A stretch of DNA of 33,117 nt from Aduncisulcus paluster (taxonomy: Eukaryota), in contig BQXS01009722.1 in assembly GCA_024181965.1 (NCBI GenBank), forward strand, positions 1 through 33,117, given 5' to 3'. Made by a program: the position numbers and the translations under genes. Under the pieces are notes generated by a model, which searched no databases, was not told the origin of the DNA, and worked only from the letters and a program-made list of their open reading frames with translations. Of this stretch, positions 1 to 12,627 are shown one piece after another. Position 1 is the stretch's first letter; each line of letters starts with the position of its first letter.

Positions 1-3000
1 TGGAACAAGGCAAGAATCGACATTCCAAGAGAATATCCATCACTCCTTTGAGTCTGTTTTCCTTCACAGAGAGTCTCATAAGAATTATACACGATAGTTC
101 CACAAGCAGAGGGTTTAGGTTGTGAAAGTCGTTTTTCTTGTTTGGTGGAAGAAGAGGAAGGAATATAACTCTTGGAAGTTACAGATGATGTGATAGAATC
201 TAAGACTTGGAACATTCCAAGATCAGAGAGAACAATGCTACATTTCTTTGAATCATGATCAACACGAACAAGGAAGTTGTCTGGTTTAACATCTCGATGA
301 ACAAGACTCTTCTTTGCTCTAAACACATCATCAAGACACTCAATCATGCCAACACAGAGAGCACTCACTTTCACAGGGTTCAGTGTCATGGGATCAAAAC
401 GAGTTGTGCCAATATCACTCTTGGAGTCAGAATCAGAAATACAAGATGAATCAGAATCTTCACTATCATCAGCATCACCAATATCACTCACATACTTGCC
501 ATCATCACACCATTTCTTGGCAAAGGAATTCACACTACCTCCAGCACAATATTCCATGATAAATCCATACACACCTTTCATGTCTGCATCAAGCAGGTCC
601 AGGATATACAAAGGACGTGGGATACGATTGAAACATTTGGGGTTGTTAAATAACTTTCGTTGCATCTTGAACTCCTTTCGGCATCCTTTAACAACCCTTT
701 CATCAGCTTCATGGAGCATTTTCTTCAGAACACAAGGAATAGGAATACCTTCAACTTCAACAAGAAGAACTTCACCAAATCCACCATGACCAATGATGCA
801 CTGAGGAGTGATGGTTGCAGAGGAAGTGAGAGTGAAAGAGTTTGGTTTGATAAGCTTTGTGGAATCTGAAGGAAGGGGGGGAATGTCTTCACCTTTAATG
901 AAAATGAGGGATTTAAAATAAAAAGTTCGACTCTTCTCATGTTCCCATGTCCCTTTTCCCTGAATCTCACATAAAATAACCTTTGGAAGATCAATAGGAA
1001 GAAAGTAATATTCAGATTTATGTAGAATTTCTAGGTCAGATTTAAGTTTAATTTCTGTGAATTCATACCTCTTGGATATCTTCATACCATTAAAAAGAGT
1101 GAAAGTGAAGAGAAGGGCAGGAATTAAATATTTAGGAACAGAAATATATGCACCTTTAATTGAATTAAATGATTGAAAAGGGATGGAAAGATGGGATAAG
1201 GAGAATGCAATACCTTCCCCCTTTAACATTTTTTGTGCATTTGAACTCTGATCATAATACTCAGATTCCTTACAACATACATTATTCTTACACGTAACAT
1301 CTGAGAATGAAGGATTTATGATTGAGGTATCACCAAGGGAATCTACAATTTCTTTGGTTACAGACATTGGTTTCACAGGTGAAGATTTCAACCAGAATTC
1401 TTCGAGATCTATTTTTTGTTTTTTTCGAGCAATATATTCATCAGGAGTTTCTTCTCGATAAAAAGCAAGGGAAATAATATCAAAATTCTCCCTTTCTTCT
1501 TGGTTTCCTTTGATATCTCCTTTGATATCACATGAAATAACATCAGAGAGACCAATTGAAAGCTCAAACCAACAATCTTTGGATTCGGTATCAAATTTAT
1601 ATAAATATGATATTTTGCTTCCATTTGAAGAAGTGAATGTGAATAGAAAAGATAAAGAATCACGAGATGGTAGACAGATATAGGCACATTTCATAGGTGT
1701 TGATGATTTGAAAGGAATGGAAATATGAGAAAACCCAGAATAAAAAATACCCATTCCTTTCATCATCTTTTGTGCAAACTTGCTCGTATCATCATACCTA
1801 TGACCTCGATTCTTTCTTGCTTTAATTGCAGTTAAATCTGGAATGATAAATGTTGGATCATCTCGAGGGATTGGAATACGTGAACGATCTCCTTTATAAA
1901 GAAAATCAACTTTTCCCAATAAAATACGTTGTTTGAGGAAAACTAAAGATTTGATTGTAAAACATCGACTATTCTTCTCTTTCCACATTCCTTTCTTTTC
2001 AATCTCACACAATACAACGTTATCCAGATCAATAGGAAGGAAGTGCCATTCATAGTCATGTTTAGGTCTTGTGAATTCATACTTCTTGCGTGTCTTCTTC
2101 CCATCACAATCAGTAAAAGTGAAGAGAAGAGAGGGTGAACTATCATGCATATCCACACAGATATAAGCACCTTTCATTGGACTAGGTGATGGGAAAGGGA
2201 TGGAAAGATGGGATAATGTCACTTCTCCTTCACCTTTCAACATTCTTTGAGCTTCTTCACTTTGGTCATACTCCTCAGATTCCTTACAATACCAATAATT
2301 CTTTCCCTTGACCATCTCAAAAGAAGGATTATTAACGGCTGCATTACCACGTGGAATGGGGATGGCAGATGGATCGCCAGAATTCACAAACTCTGATTTA
2401 ATGGCGGGCTACATATCATTTTTGAAAAAGAGAGATATAATGGTATTAGAAACAAATCGAGAGATAATATTGTTAAATAAGATTAGCGTGAATCGTATCA
2501 AATAATAAAACAAAGAAATGTGAAAATATTAAACCAATAAAATATAATGAACATACAGCTTTAGACCATTGTTCCTCAATGGATTCTCGAATACAACGTT
2601 CTTCAGAGGTTTCTTCTCGAAAGAAAACGAGGGAGGAGATTCTAAAACATCGACTATTCTTCTCATTCCACATTCCTTTCCCTTCAATCTCACACAATAC
2701 AACATTATCCAAATCAATAGGAAGGAAGTGCCATTCATATTCATGTTTAGGTCTTGTGAATTCATACTTCTTGTATATCTTCTTACCATCACAATCAGTG
2801 AAAGTGAAGAGAAGAGAGGGTGAACTATCATTCCAATCCACACAGATATAAGCACCTTTCATTGGACTGGGTGATGGGAAAGGGATGGAAAGATGGGATA
2901 ATTTCACCCTACCTTCACCTTTCAACATTTTTTGAGCTTTTTCACTTTGGTCATACTCCTTAGATTCCTTACAATACGAATCCTTACTTACCGTATCATT

Positions 3001-4928
3001 CTTTCCCTTGACCATCTCAAAAGAAGGATTATTAACGGCTGCATTACCACGTGGAATGGGGATGGCAGATGCATCGCCAGAATTCATAAACTCTGATTTA
3101 ATGGTGGGCTACATATCATTTTTGAAAAAGAGATATATAATGGTATTAGAAATAAATTGAGAGATAATATTGTAAAACAAGATTAGCGTGAATCGTATCA
3201 AATAATATAACAAAGAAATGTGAAAATATTAAACCAATAAAATATAATGAACATACAGCTTTAGACCATTGTTCCTCAATGAATTCTCGAATACAACGTT
3301 CTTCAGGGGTTTCTTCTCGAAAGAATACGAGGGAGGAGATGTCAAAGTATCGACTATTCTTCTCTATCCACCTTCCTTTCCCTTCAATCTCACACAATAC
3401 AACATTATCCAGATCAATAGGAAGGAAGTGCCATTCATAGTAATGTTTAGGTCTTGTGAATTCATACTTCTTAGATACCTTCTTACCATCACAATTAGTG
3501 AAAGTGAAGAGAAGAGAGGGTGAACTATCATACTTATAAACACAGATATAAGCACCTTTCATTGGACTAGGTGATGGGAAAGGAATGGAAAGATGGGATA
3601 ACCATACACCACATTCCCCTTTTAACATTTTTTGTGCTCTTGAACTCTGATCATACTTCTCAGATTCCTTACTAAACGCATCATTCTTGCACTTAACCAT
3701 TGAGAATGAAGGATCTACAAGCTTTGGATCATCACGTGGAATAGTAATAGAATATCTATCTCCTTCCTGAACAAACTCTGGTTTCACAACTTGAGCTTCT
3801 GACCATAGTTTCTCTCGAAAAGCTTCTTTGGCTTCACGAAATATAGTTTCTTCATGTGTTTCTTCTCGAAAAAATATGAGGGAGAAGATAGTAAAAGACT
3901 CTTTCTTTCTTCCTTTCCCTGTAATCTCACACAGAACAACATCAGAGAGATCAATAGGGAGAAAGAACCAGCTTGTTTTTTCTAATTCAGAAAATTCATA
4001 TTTTTTAACCATTTTCTCCCCCTTTGAAGATGTTAAAGAGAAGATAAGGTGTGAGGGTGAATAACGAATTAATTTTCCTCGAATACAAATATAAGCACCT
4101 TTAATGGGAGTTGATGTGGAGAAAGGAAGGGAGATATCTGTAAATTCTCCCCAATAATACTCTCCCTTCATCATCTTTTGTGCTGCAGAACTCTGANNNN
4201 NNNNNNNNNNNNNNNNCTTCTTTGGCTTCACGAAATATAGTTTCTTCATGTGTTTCTTCTCGAAAAAATATGAGGGAGAAGATAGTAAAAGACTCTTTCT
4301 TTCTTCCTTTCCCTGTAATCTCACACAGAACAACATCAGAGAGATCAATAGGGAGAAAGAACCAGCTTGTTTTTTCTAATTCAGAAAATTCATATTTTTT
4401 AACCATTTTCTCCCCCTTTGAAGATGTTAAAGAGAAGATAAGGTGTGAGGGTGAATAACGAATTAATTTTCCTCGAATACAAATATAAGCACCTTTAATG
4501 GGAGTTGATGTGGAGAAAGGAAGGGAGATATCTGTAAATTCTCCCCAATAATACTCTCCCTTCATCATCTTTTGTGCTGCAGAACTCTGATCATATTCTT
4601 TATCACCTTTTCCCTTGGTCCTATTCTTGGCGTTGATAACAGTTATATCAGGACTCTTAACATTCGGGGAATCTCGAGGAATTGGAGAGGTAGATAAATT
4701 ACCTTCATGAATTAATTCTGGTTCAATGAGTTGAATCTACAAAATTTAATTGAGTTTTTGGTGGAAATGAAGCAATAAAAAACGCCCGAAAGAGAAAAGG
4801 TGTCATGAAAGCAATATGGGCATTATTTTTCAAATTAATTATATCAAACATCATAAAATGTATAAATTCGAAAACTTTCAGAAACATACAATATCTTGGC
4901 TACGTTCTGAGCTTGGTTTTGGATCCAT
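1..4928 (-). CDS. Multi-exon tandem-repeat + Ser/Thr kinase protein, paralog A (6 repeats + kinase; 3' end runs off the window). Exons 4928-4890, 4736-3257 (after collapsing the N-gap duplication), 3108-2557, 2408-<1; >1360 aa
   Basis: Manual splicing at GTATGT donors (4889, 3256, 2556) and TAG acceptors (4737, 3109, 2409) gives one open frame from MDPKPSSERSQDI|IQLIEPELIHEG. I translated 2408 to 1 without a stop (absent from the ORF track, probably because it has no stop codon in the window). Kinase motifs: GHGGFG (~775-791), VLKK, HRDVKPDN, DLG, CGTIVYNSYE, SDGYSLG. Repeat consensus: IPIPRDDP..P.F..VK..DQS..AQKMLKGE..LSHLSIPF...KGAYIC..LLFTFT..KKYEF..W.FLPIDL..VVLCEI.GKG. Confidence 0.9.
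2409..2556 (-). other. Phase-0 spliceosomal intron (148 bp), repeated intron copy 1
   Basis: GTATGT...GATATGTAG; removal joins WSKA|PAIKSEF in frame; nearly identical to 3109-3256, 26741-26889 and 27979-28122. Confidence 0.88.
3109..3256 (-). other. Phase-0 spliceosomal intron (148 bp), repeated intron copy 2
   Basis: GTATGT...GATATGTAG; removal joins WSKA|PTIKSEF in frame. Confidence 0.88.
3823..4590. other. Assembly overlap artifact: 3823-4196 repeated as 4217-4590 across a 20-N gap
   Basis: Direct copy abutting the N run; collapsing it restores an in-frame 1086-nt exon. Confidence 0.9.
4737..4889 (-). other. First intron of paralog A (153 bp, phase 0)
   Basis: GTATGT donor after ...SQDI; TTTTGTAG acceptor before IQLIEP; homologous intron at 25454-25606. 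Confidence 0.8.
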
Positions 4929-5708
4929 TGTGTTCTAAAATGTCTATGATGAGAACACGAACGATAATAAAAATAATATGATAATTTTAACAAAGAATGT
5001 CACCACAATCATCGAACATGAAGTGAGTTTCAAGGAGGAAATGACGACAAGAACAAAAAAGAACAGCCAGCGAGAGAACCAGTGAATAAAACAGGGTGAT
5101 TATGGATTGACAAGAAGTTAATATCTAACTAACGAAAATTTATGACATACAATATTTTCAATATTTCTTTTACAACAGGAAGAAATGAAGTTTTAGAATT
5201 CAAAACTCTGTATAATAACAATGCAAGATGACATTGCAGAATATATCGATTAAAAAATATAAATGTTTTCTTTCTAACATATATTGGATANNNNNNNNNN
5301 NNNNNNNNNNATAATAAAAATAATATGATAATTTTAACAAAGAATGTCACCACAATCATCGAACATGAAGTGAGTTTCAAGGAGGAAATGACGACAAGAA
5401 CAAAAAAGAACAGCCAGCGAGAGAACCAGTGAATAAAACAGGGTGATTATGGATTGACAAGAAGTTAATATCTAACTAACGAAAATTTATGACATACAAT
5501 ATTTTCAATATTTCTTTTACAACAGGAAGAAATGAAGTTTTAGAATTCAAAACTCTGTATAATAACAATGCAAGATGACATTGCAGAATATATCGATTAA
5601 AAAATATAAATGTTTTCTTTCTAACATATATTGGATAACAATCTTGTCATTCCACTCCTGAGACAAGATCGTTTCCTAAATCCCGAGTTTTGTTCACATA
5701 TTGCATTG
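4929..5708 (-). promoter_or_regulatory. Upstream region of paralog A, homologous in inverted orientation to 24981-25414
   Basis: Proximal ~130 bp nearly identical to the reverse complement of 25285-25414; distal block 5627-5708 matches 24981-25077, including an exact 19-mer (5643-5661 vs 25042-25060). Regulatory function is inferred only. Confidence 0.5.
4964..5637. other. Assembly overlap artifact: 4964-5290 repeated as 5311-5637 across a 20-N gap
   Basis: Direct copy abutting the N run. Confidence 0.88.
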
Positions 5709-6490
5709 TAAAGTTTTATTGTTTGATGATAAGTTGTAGTTGTAATCTGTGAATGTTGTGGACTTATTGGTAGATGACTATACTTGTCTGATTCCTGGTT
5801 TTCCCCCTCCAGAGCTTGTTTGAAAAAGAAATATCATTTATTTTACCTTCTCTTTTATTTTTAATTCTCTGATGCAAGTAGAAGACCCCCATGTTTCTTT
5901 TCCAACTGACGTAGGAATCCTATAATAATCGATTATTCAGGAGTCCTGGCCAGGATACTATCCTTGTAGTCATTGCACGATGCTATGTTTTTGACATGGT
6001 AACCATTATAATTTAATTAAATGTTGTTTAATTTCGAACTTAAAGGTTTGTATTCAGATAGTTCATGTCATTTCTTTCTAGATAATTCAATAATCACTGG
6101 GCGCTATTTCTTCACTAAATCCACTGAAATATGGAAGAAATAATCATATTCTCACCTTTAAGAAGCAAATATAATCTCTCAACCTAACTTAAGATGTTTC
6201 CCCCCAGATGTAAATTCGATATTGATAGTTAACAATTGAAATTTCCAGTTGGTTGTAAACTTATTTTTACCGTGACTATATTAATTGCGCCACGATTCCT
6301 ATCTATCTTGAATCAAGATTCTTGATCAAAATGTTAAGAGATTCTCTTTAGGTTAAGAATAATCTATTCCATAAGAATAATGATTTCTTCAATTTGAATC
6401 ATTTTGATCAAAATTATTCCTTCAAAACCCTGAATCTGAGTTCTCACCATTTTTTATAATCAATGCTATTCAATAGTCAATTGTTATTGT

Positions 6491-9400
6491 CTATAAATGT
6501 TTATTTTGAACGAATATAAGTGCCACAACAAGCGAAACTCCCAATGGGTCATATTTCGTCGATAAAGTTGAAAATATTCGATTCGAATCCTCTTCACCAC
6601 TTCGAATAGCAGTTAAACACTTCACCATCACCTCATCAAACTTCTCCCCAAGACGATTCTTTGCCTCTGTCATGAGTTCAAAGAGATTATCAGCCGAAGA
6701 AGAGGAAGAGGAGGAAGAAGGAGAGGAGGGAAGAAGAAGAAGGAGATTGAAGTGGTTTTCCTTCCTCCTCTTCTTCCTCCTCTTCCTTTTTGATAGAAGA
6801 ATAAGCATCTTTTTGCAAATACAATGAAGTAGTATCCATTCTCCTTGTTTTCTTTGAAGAGGTAGTTGAAGATTTTGATTCAATTTTTTTGACAATCCCT
6901 GGAATAAGTTTAATATCCTTCTCCGTTCTTTCCCCTTCTCTCTCTTCTTCCTCACTCATGTCCTTTGAATCAATCACAGCCTTTTCAATATCATCATCAC
7001 TCTCTTCCTCTTTCTCATCTTCCTCTTTCTCATCTTCAACTTTCTCATCTTCAACTTTCTCATCTTCAACATCATAATCGTAATATTCATACTCATATTC
7101 AGAAGAAGAGAACATTCCATCAATATAATGTTCCTCTTCTTTTTCTCTTTCTTCCTCTTCTTCCTCTTCTTCCTCTTCCTCTTCTTTTGTGGTAGGGGTG
7201 AAATGAAGAGTACTGCCAAGCCCTACTTCACATTGAAATAGAATCTCAGTAGAATCATCTCTATCATAATCATCTTTCTCATTAGCAATGCTATTTTTAG
7301 ATACTTGAGAATGAGAAGGTATTNNNNNNNNNNNNNNNNNNNNCATAATCGTAATATTCATACTCATATTCAGAAGAAGAGAACATTCCATCAATATAAT
7401 GTTCCTCTTCTTTTTCTCTTTCTTCCTCTTCTTCCTCTTCTTCCTCTTCCTCTTCTTTTGTGGTAGGGGTGAAATGAAGAGTACTGCCAAGCCCTACTTC
7501 ACATTGAAATAGAATCTCAGTAGAATCATCTCTATCATAATCATCTTTCTCATTAGCAATGCTATTTTTAGATACTTGAGAATGAGAAGGTATTATACCA
7601 AGTATTTCAGTCTGAGATAGAGACAATGTTGTTGAATCATCACGTGAAACCGTGCGATGTGCGTTCTTATCCTTGTTCTTATCCTCGTTCTTGGTTGTTG
7701 ACTGTGCTTGTGGAGTTGTCAATGTAGAAGGTAAGAGAAGAGTAGAAGAGGCTGAAAGAACTTCAGTCGCAGAAAGAGTCGAAGAAGTCTTTAACAAATC
7801 AAGACATATATCAATATCATTATCAAAATCACCACCATCTTCAATAGTAGTCTTTGATAACCCGACATTCTGTTGTGGAATAAATTGGTCATGTTTATCC
7901 GTTGTTCTATGTTTGCCTCTCGTAGGTTTATCTTGATCATCACCCGCTTCTGTTCCAAAAATAGATGATGAGAAAGAAGATGAGAAAGTAGAAGTCCCTG
8001 AGAAACTTGTTGTTGTCGATGCCGCAGAAGATGCACCAGTCGCAGCAGTAGTAGGGTGGTGCTGAGCAGCAGTTATAACAGATTCATCCAACACATGGAG
8101 GTGAGCTCTTCCAGAATCAGAGTATTCAATTCCCAATTTCATAAGTTTCTTCTCAGAATCTAATTTTGGAACATCTTGCCTTCTCTTCTTCTTTCTCTTT
8201 GTTCGTTTTCTCTTTGTTCGTTTTTTCTGCTTCCTGCTTTGCAGCTGGTGCTCTACCTTATCCTTGATCTTCTTCTTTCCACCCTCTCTCAATTCATCAC
8301 CATCTTTTTCTTCTTTTTTTTGTATGATTTCATTGTCTTCAAGATCCAGAAAGTCAGAAAAAGAATAAGAAGAAGGAGAGAATGATTCTTCATATTCATA
8401 TTCATACGCATATTCAAATAAAGGAGAAGGTGCAGATCCGACAACTCCTTCTTTCTCAGACAATCTAATTTTAGAACGAGCAGATCTTGGCGATATAATC
8501 ACGCTCTCTTGTTGTTGCTGCTGTTGCTCGACCCTTTCATGATCATCATATAATGTGAGTACATCGTCAGGTAAAGATTCAACAAGCTTAGAAAGTTGAC
8601 TATTCTCCATCTTTGAACCAAATACCCGCTCTCTTTCCTCTTTCTTCTTTCTCAATTCAGCTGTTATTTGAGAAGGGGATTTGTTGGCCGATTCTGAAGG
8701 ATGCATGGGCGATTGACGACGTTGTTGACCTTTCTTGACCTTTTGAGAAGAACCTGTGCCATGTCTCTGATGTGAAGAATATCTTCCTTTCTTTTCCTTC
8801 ACATTCATCTCTTCTTCTCTTCTAATCTTCTCTCTAATCCCATGAGAGATCCTTGGAGGAGGAGGTAACCTTTTCTTCTTCATTTTAACAGCACAACGCA
8901 TGCTCTGTGGAGGAGGATAGAGTTGCTTTGCTTTAATCTTACGAACAGAAGAAGAAGAAGAAGAGGAAGAAGAAGAAGAGGAGGAGGAAGAAGAAGATCT
9001 ATCACTGCGAATGATTCTATTTTTAGATGGTTTGATTTGTTGCTGTTTTTGAGAAAGTTTAGATATTTGAGGACTACTTTTGGAAGCAGGAAGAGGTGAA
9101 TGAATAGGAGAGGAAGAGGGAGAAGGAGAGGAAGGAGAGGAAGAAGTATAAGGAATCTGAGTTGGAGCTCTTGAAGAGATTTGAATCTTCTTTTTCTGTT
9201 GTTCCATCCTTGTTTTTGGTCTATTTTTATCCCTCTTGTTTCTCAGCAACATTGCATTCCTCCTTTCTCTACCTGCAATGTCAGTTAATGGAGGTAAAGG
9301 ATAAGGCGATGAAGGAAGACTACAAACATGGCGTGAAGATTCACTATCACGAACTTCCTCTTCTTCTTGTGAATGCAATTTGTCAGCAATTCCTGGAACA

Positions 9401-10632
9401 ACTTTTGCGTTCTTTTTCTTCCCACTTAAACCGCTATTAATACTTCCCACTGGTCGCGAGGTCGAATCTTTGGTATCAAGTTGTGACATTTTCGATGGAA
9501 TCTTCTGTCTTGGAGAGTATCTTGGAGAGTACCTTGGAGAAGAACTGATTGAATGATCTCTCTCCTTGTCTCTTTCTTGTTTCTGATGATTGGAGCTTTG
9601 TTGTTCTTCAGAAAAGGATACTTCTCGAGGAACAATCACTTTACCGGCTGCAACGATGCCCTTGGATCTTATATCTTTCTTCTTAGTGATTATCTCGTGT
9701 TCTTCTTTCCCTTTCATCTGACTCAAGGCTGAAGGTATTGGCGAAGCTGTTTGTACAGAGGTTGATGTTGCTTTAGTCTTATCGTGTAATCTTTCTTCTT
9801 TCTTATCTAAATACTCAGAAACTTCAGTCAAAAGAACTTTTGCTGTGGGACGAGAATCAGGATCAACACTGAGCATCTTATTGACAACAGAACACAGTTT
9901 CTTGCTATATCCACTGGTATATTTGCTCATGTGCGATACTTTTCCACGAATAAGCTTGGAAATCAACTCCGGCTGGGTCTTCGCACTGACAGGAGGTTCA
10001 CCGATGCAGCATTCGTACAAAGTGGCTCCTAAGGACCATATATCTGTCTTTTGAGAGTATTTTCCACTGAATATCTCAGGACCCATGAACAGAGGGGTGC
10101 CTACGATGGTCTCAGCAAGACTGGAGGAACTTAGAAAACGACCAACTCCAAAATCACCCAATATGGGGGTCATTTTGTTATTATCACCGATTTTCAGAAA
10201 GATATTATCCCCTTTTATGTCCCTATGTATTATTCCTATTCGGTGAATGTGAACAAGGGCAACGAGCATGGTTTCACATACACGCCATGCTCCATTTTCA
10301 GATATTCGTTTGCTTTTCTTTTGTTGAAGGTATTCTTTAAGTGTTCCACCCCGGCATATTTCTTGAAAGAGGAGTAAATACGATGAAATCAAGGAACTAT
10401 GATATAAATGAATTGCATACGGAGACTTCACCTTTTTAAGCAATTTAACCTCGTTCATGGCAACTTTTTTCCCTTTAGAACCGAGTTTAGACATATCGAC
10501 CACTTTCAAAGCCCCTTCTTGTCCTGTTTTAAGGTGTTTCGCAGCATAGACACTAGCAAAACTTCCTGAGCCTAGTTTTTCAGTTAAAACATAGTCTGAA
10601 GCTATTTTTTTATGTGCTGGCAGTATATCCAT
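6491..10632 (-). CDS. NEK (NIMA-related)-type Ser/Thr protein kinase with long low-complexity tail; ~1289 aa after collapsing the gap duplication and removing one extra base near 6729
   Basis: N-terminal kinase domain: LGSGSFASV, ALKVV, NEVKLLK, HRDIKGDNIFL, LGDFGVGR, AETIVGTPLFMGPEI, YSQKTDIWSLG (NEK-like signatures). The C-terminal helical segment LFELMTEAKNRLGEKFDEV...LVVALIF resembles the NEK1/4/11-type C-terminal domain but is in a shifted frame. Confidence 0.85.
7073..7594. other. Assembly overlap artifact: 7073-7323 repeated as 7344-7594 across a 20-N gap
   Basis: Direct copy abutting the N run; collapsing joins EYEYEYYDY to DVEDEK in frame. Confidence 0.9.
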
Positions 10633-10828
10633 GGCTTACTGCCTCATGAGTGTCTCACAAAACCATAATTTATTAATCAGATTGCTTCTTGTATTGTAGC
10701 CAGAGAAATGAATTTTAAAATGGGTTTTTATTTGGTCATAGAAATTGAATATATCAAATATAATTTGCTAAAACATTGAATAAAAGAATTAGAAAAAATA
10801 GTCACGTTTCTTCGCTAAAGGTTCTGAA
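10633..10828. promoter_or_regulatory. Probable bidirectional promoter (196 bp) between the NEK-type kinase and the CstF-50-like gene
   Basis: Short AT-rich spacer between divergent ATGs at 10632 (-) and 10829 (+). No specific motif identified. Confidence 0.5.
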
Positions 10829-12627
10829 ATGGACGCTAAAACAACCTATCAGCTTATTGTTAGTCAACTAAAAGATGATGGATATTTTGGATTAGCCGAT
10901 ATGATATGTAAAGCCACTTTAACTCGTATGTCTATCATTTCTCCTATACCTGTTCTATTTTTGCTCCTATAACTTTCCATTTATTTATAAATTTTATATT
11001 TTAAAATGATTATGTAATAGCTATGAGTGTTGAAGTTCCTCCTAACAAACTCTCTGAAATTGTATCTAATGCCGCTCAAAAAGAAGACTTATTGGGTATG
11101 GAATTGGGTGTTCGTATGTAAAAATGTCTTATTTATTACTTTTACTTGATTAAACTTGTATTTATCCTTTACCTCATGTTTTATTATCAATCGTTATTTT
11201 TATTTTCATTTCTAGCCACTGTACACTCTGACATATTCGATAAAAGCTCCAAACCGGGCTCAAAATCATATACTTCTTCTGGCTCCTCCTCAGGCCCCAT
11301 TCAATTAGCTACTCCAAAGATACAATCTGGCCTTAGAAAAAGACATACAGGCGCCGTTACTGCTCTTGCATTCTCTGCAGATGGTTCCCATTGTGCCACA
11401 GGATCCATGGATAGAGCTATCAAGATTCTTGAATGTAAAAAAGCTCTTGATGAGTACGAATCCTCCAGTTCGTCAGGTATGTCGATTGGCCATCGTGGAT
11501 CTCAAGGTCCGAAACGTGGAGTTGGCGTGACATCATCTGTTGTGACAACTCTATACCTCCATTATGGCCCAGTTACATGCATGACATTCCACCCATATCT
11601 TCCAATCTTGGCCTCTGCAGATTCTGAGGGTTTGATCGCCATAAATGCATATTTACGTGATAGATCGGCACCTTTATTGAAATTTCATGATCCAGATGCA
11701 ATTACTGCTATGGAATGGCATGGGAGAGGGAGCATATTGTTTTATGGAGGTATCGATGGAAGATTGCGTGCTTACGACGTAGATAAGAAGGAATGCTACA
11801 TTCCTGCCCATCATATTGGCAAAGGTAGTGGCTCCAAACATTTATCCACAGCCACTGGCTCTAGTGGTTTACCGACAACCATTATTTCTGAGCTAGCCGC
11901 CATCACTTGCATTGCCTGTGTAAGTGGATCGAGTGTTATGAAGGATATTATGGCCATCGGAAGGAGAGATGGCACGATTGAACTTATGAATTCACGGACT
12001 CTAGTTCAGATATGTAAGATATCATTGGTTGATCTCGAGACATCCATTGTTGAAACTGCCGGTTCTGCTGGTTCTGCTGGTTCTCTACCTTCAATGACTC
12101 GGAAAAGACTGCCCAATCAAGAGATAAGTTCCCTCCAATTCTCAAATGCCAAACCTCACTTATTGATTGGAGCCACATCAGGAAATGGCTATATTTATGA
12201 TCTGAGAAACTCCAGTATACTACCATCCTCGACTTCCCTTATGGAGTTTATAAGGGGAGAATACATTGAGAAATGTCAGATGCCTTCCTCTTCTTCTTCA
12301 TTCCCTCCCATTCGGCTTCATGTCCATGATTCTGGTGGTAAACCTCCATCCATGAGTGTTTTATCCTTGCCGGGTTGTATGGCTCCAATATTGCAATTAA
12401 GGTATATATGCGAAGATAATTTCATTGTTGCTGTCCAAGCCAAGTCATATTTGGCCACATTTAACGCCACTGATGGTAAAAAAGAGGGGACCTCGTCTCC
12501 TTCTGGACTTACCGGAGAGATTAAAAGACATACCAGCCAGATTATAAGACTCGAATCATGTAGATCGAAACCGTATCTTTTAACGGGAGGTAACAACGGT
12601 TTTCTTCAATTCTGGAGTTATAAATAG
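10829..12627 (+). CDS. CSTF1: Cleavage stimulation factor 50 kDa subunit-like WD40 protein (533 aa); exons 10829-10925, 11021-11113, 11216-12627
   Basis: Two phase-1 GTATGT...TAG introns splice into one frame. N-terminus MDAKTTYQLIVSQLKDDGYFGLA...VPPNKLSEIV matches the CstF-50 dimerisation-domain pattern (LYxLIISQLxxDGY). WD40 repeats HTGAVTALAFSADGSHCATGSMDRAIKIL and VVTTLYLHYGPVTCMTFHPYLPILASA follow the CstF-50 order. Confidence 0.8.

Larger units (their letters stand above)
2409..3700 (-). repeat. Tandem exon+intron duplication with ~700 bp period inside paralog A
   Basis: Matching landmarks are 700 bp apart (acatacagctttagacc at 2551 and 3251; acceptors at 2409 and 3109). Confidence 0.85.

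Noticed and set aside
2308-4568. Many short alternative-frame and antisense ORFs (e.g. MLISV..., MFLNGFS...) that recur in each repeat
   Set aside because: Shadows of the duplicated coding sequence; they recur only because the DNA is repeated.
5709-6480. Possible decayed gene between paralog A and the NEK kinase
   Set aside because: Only short stop-interrupted frames with no recognisable motif; I cannot support a call.
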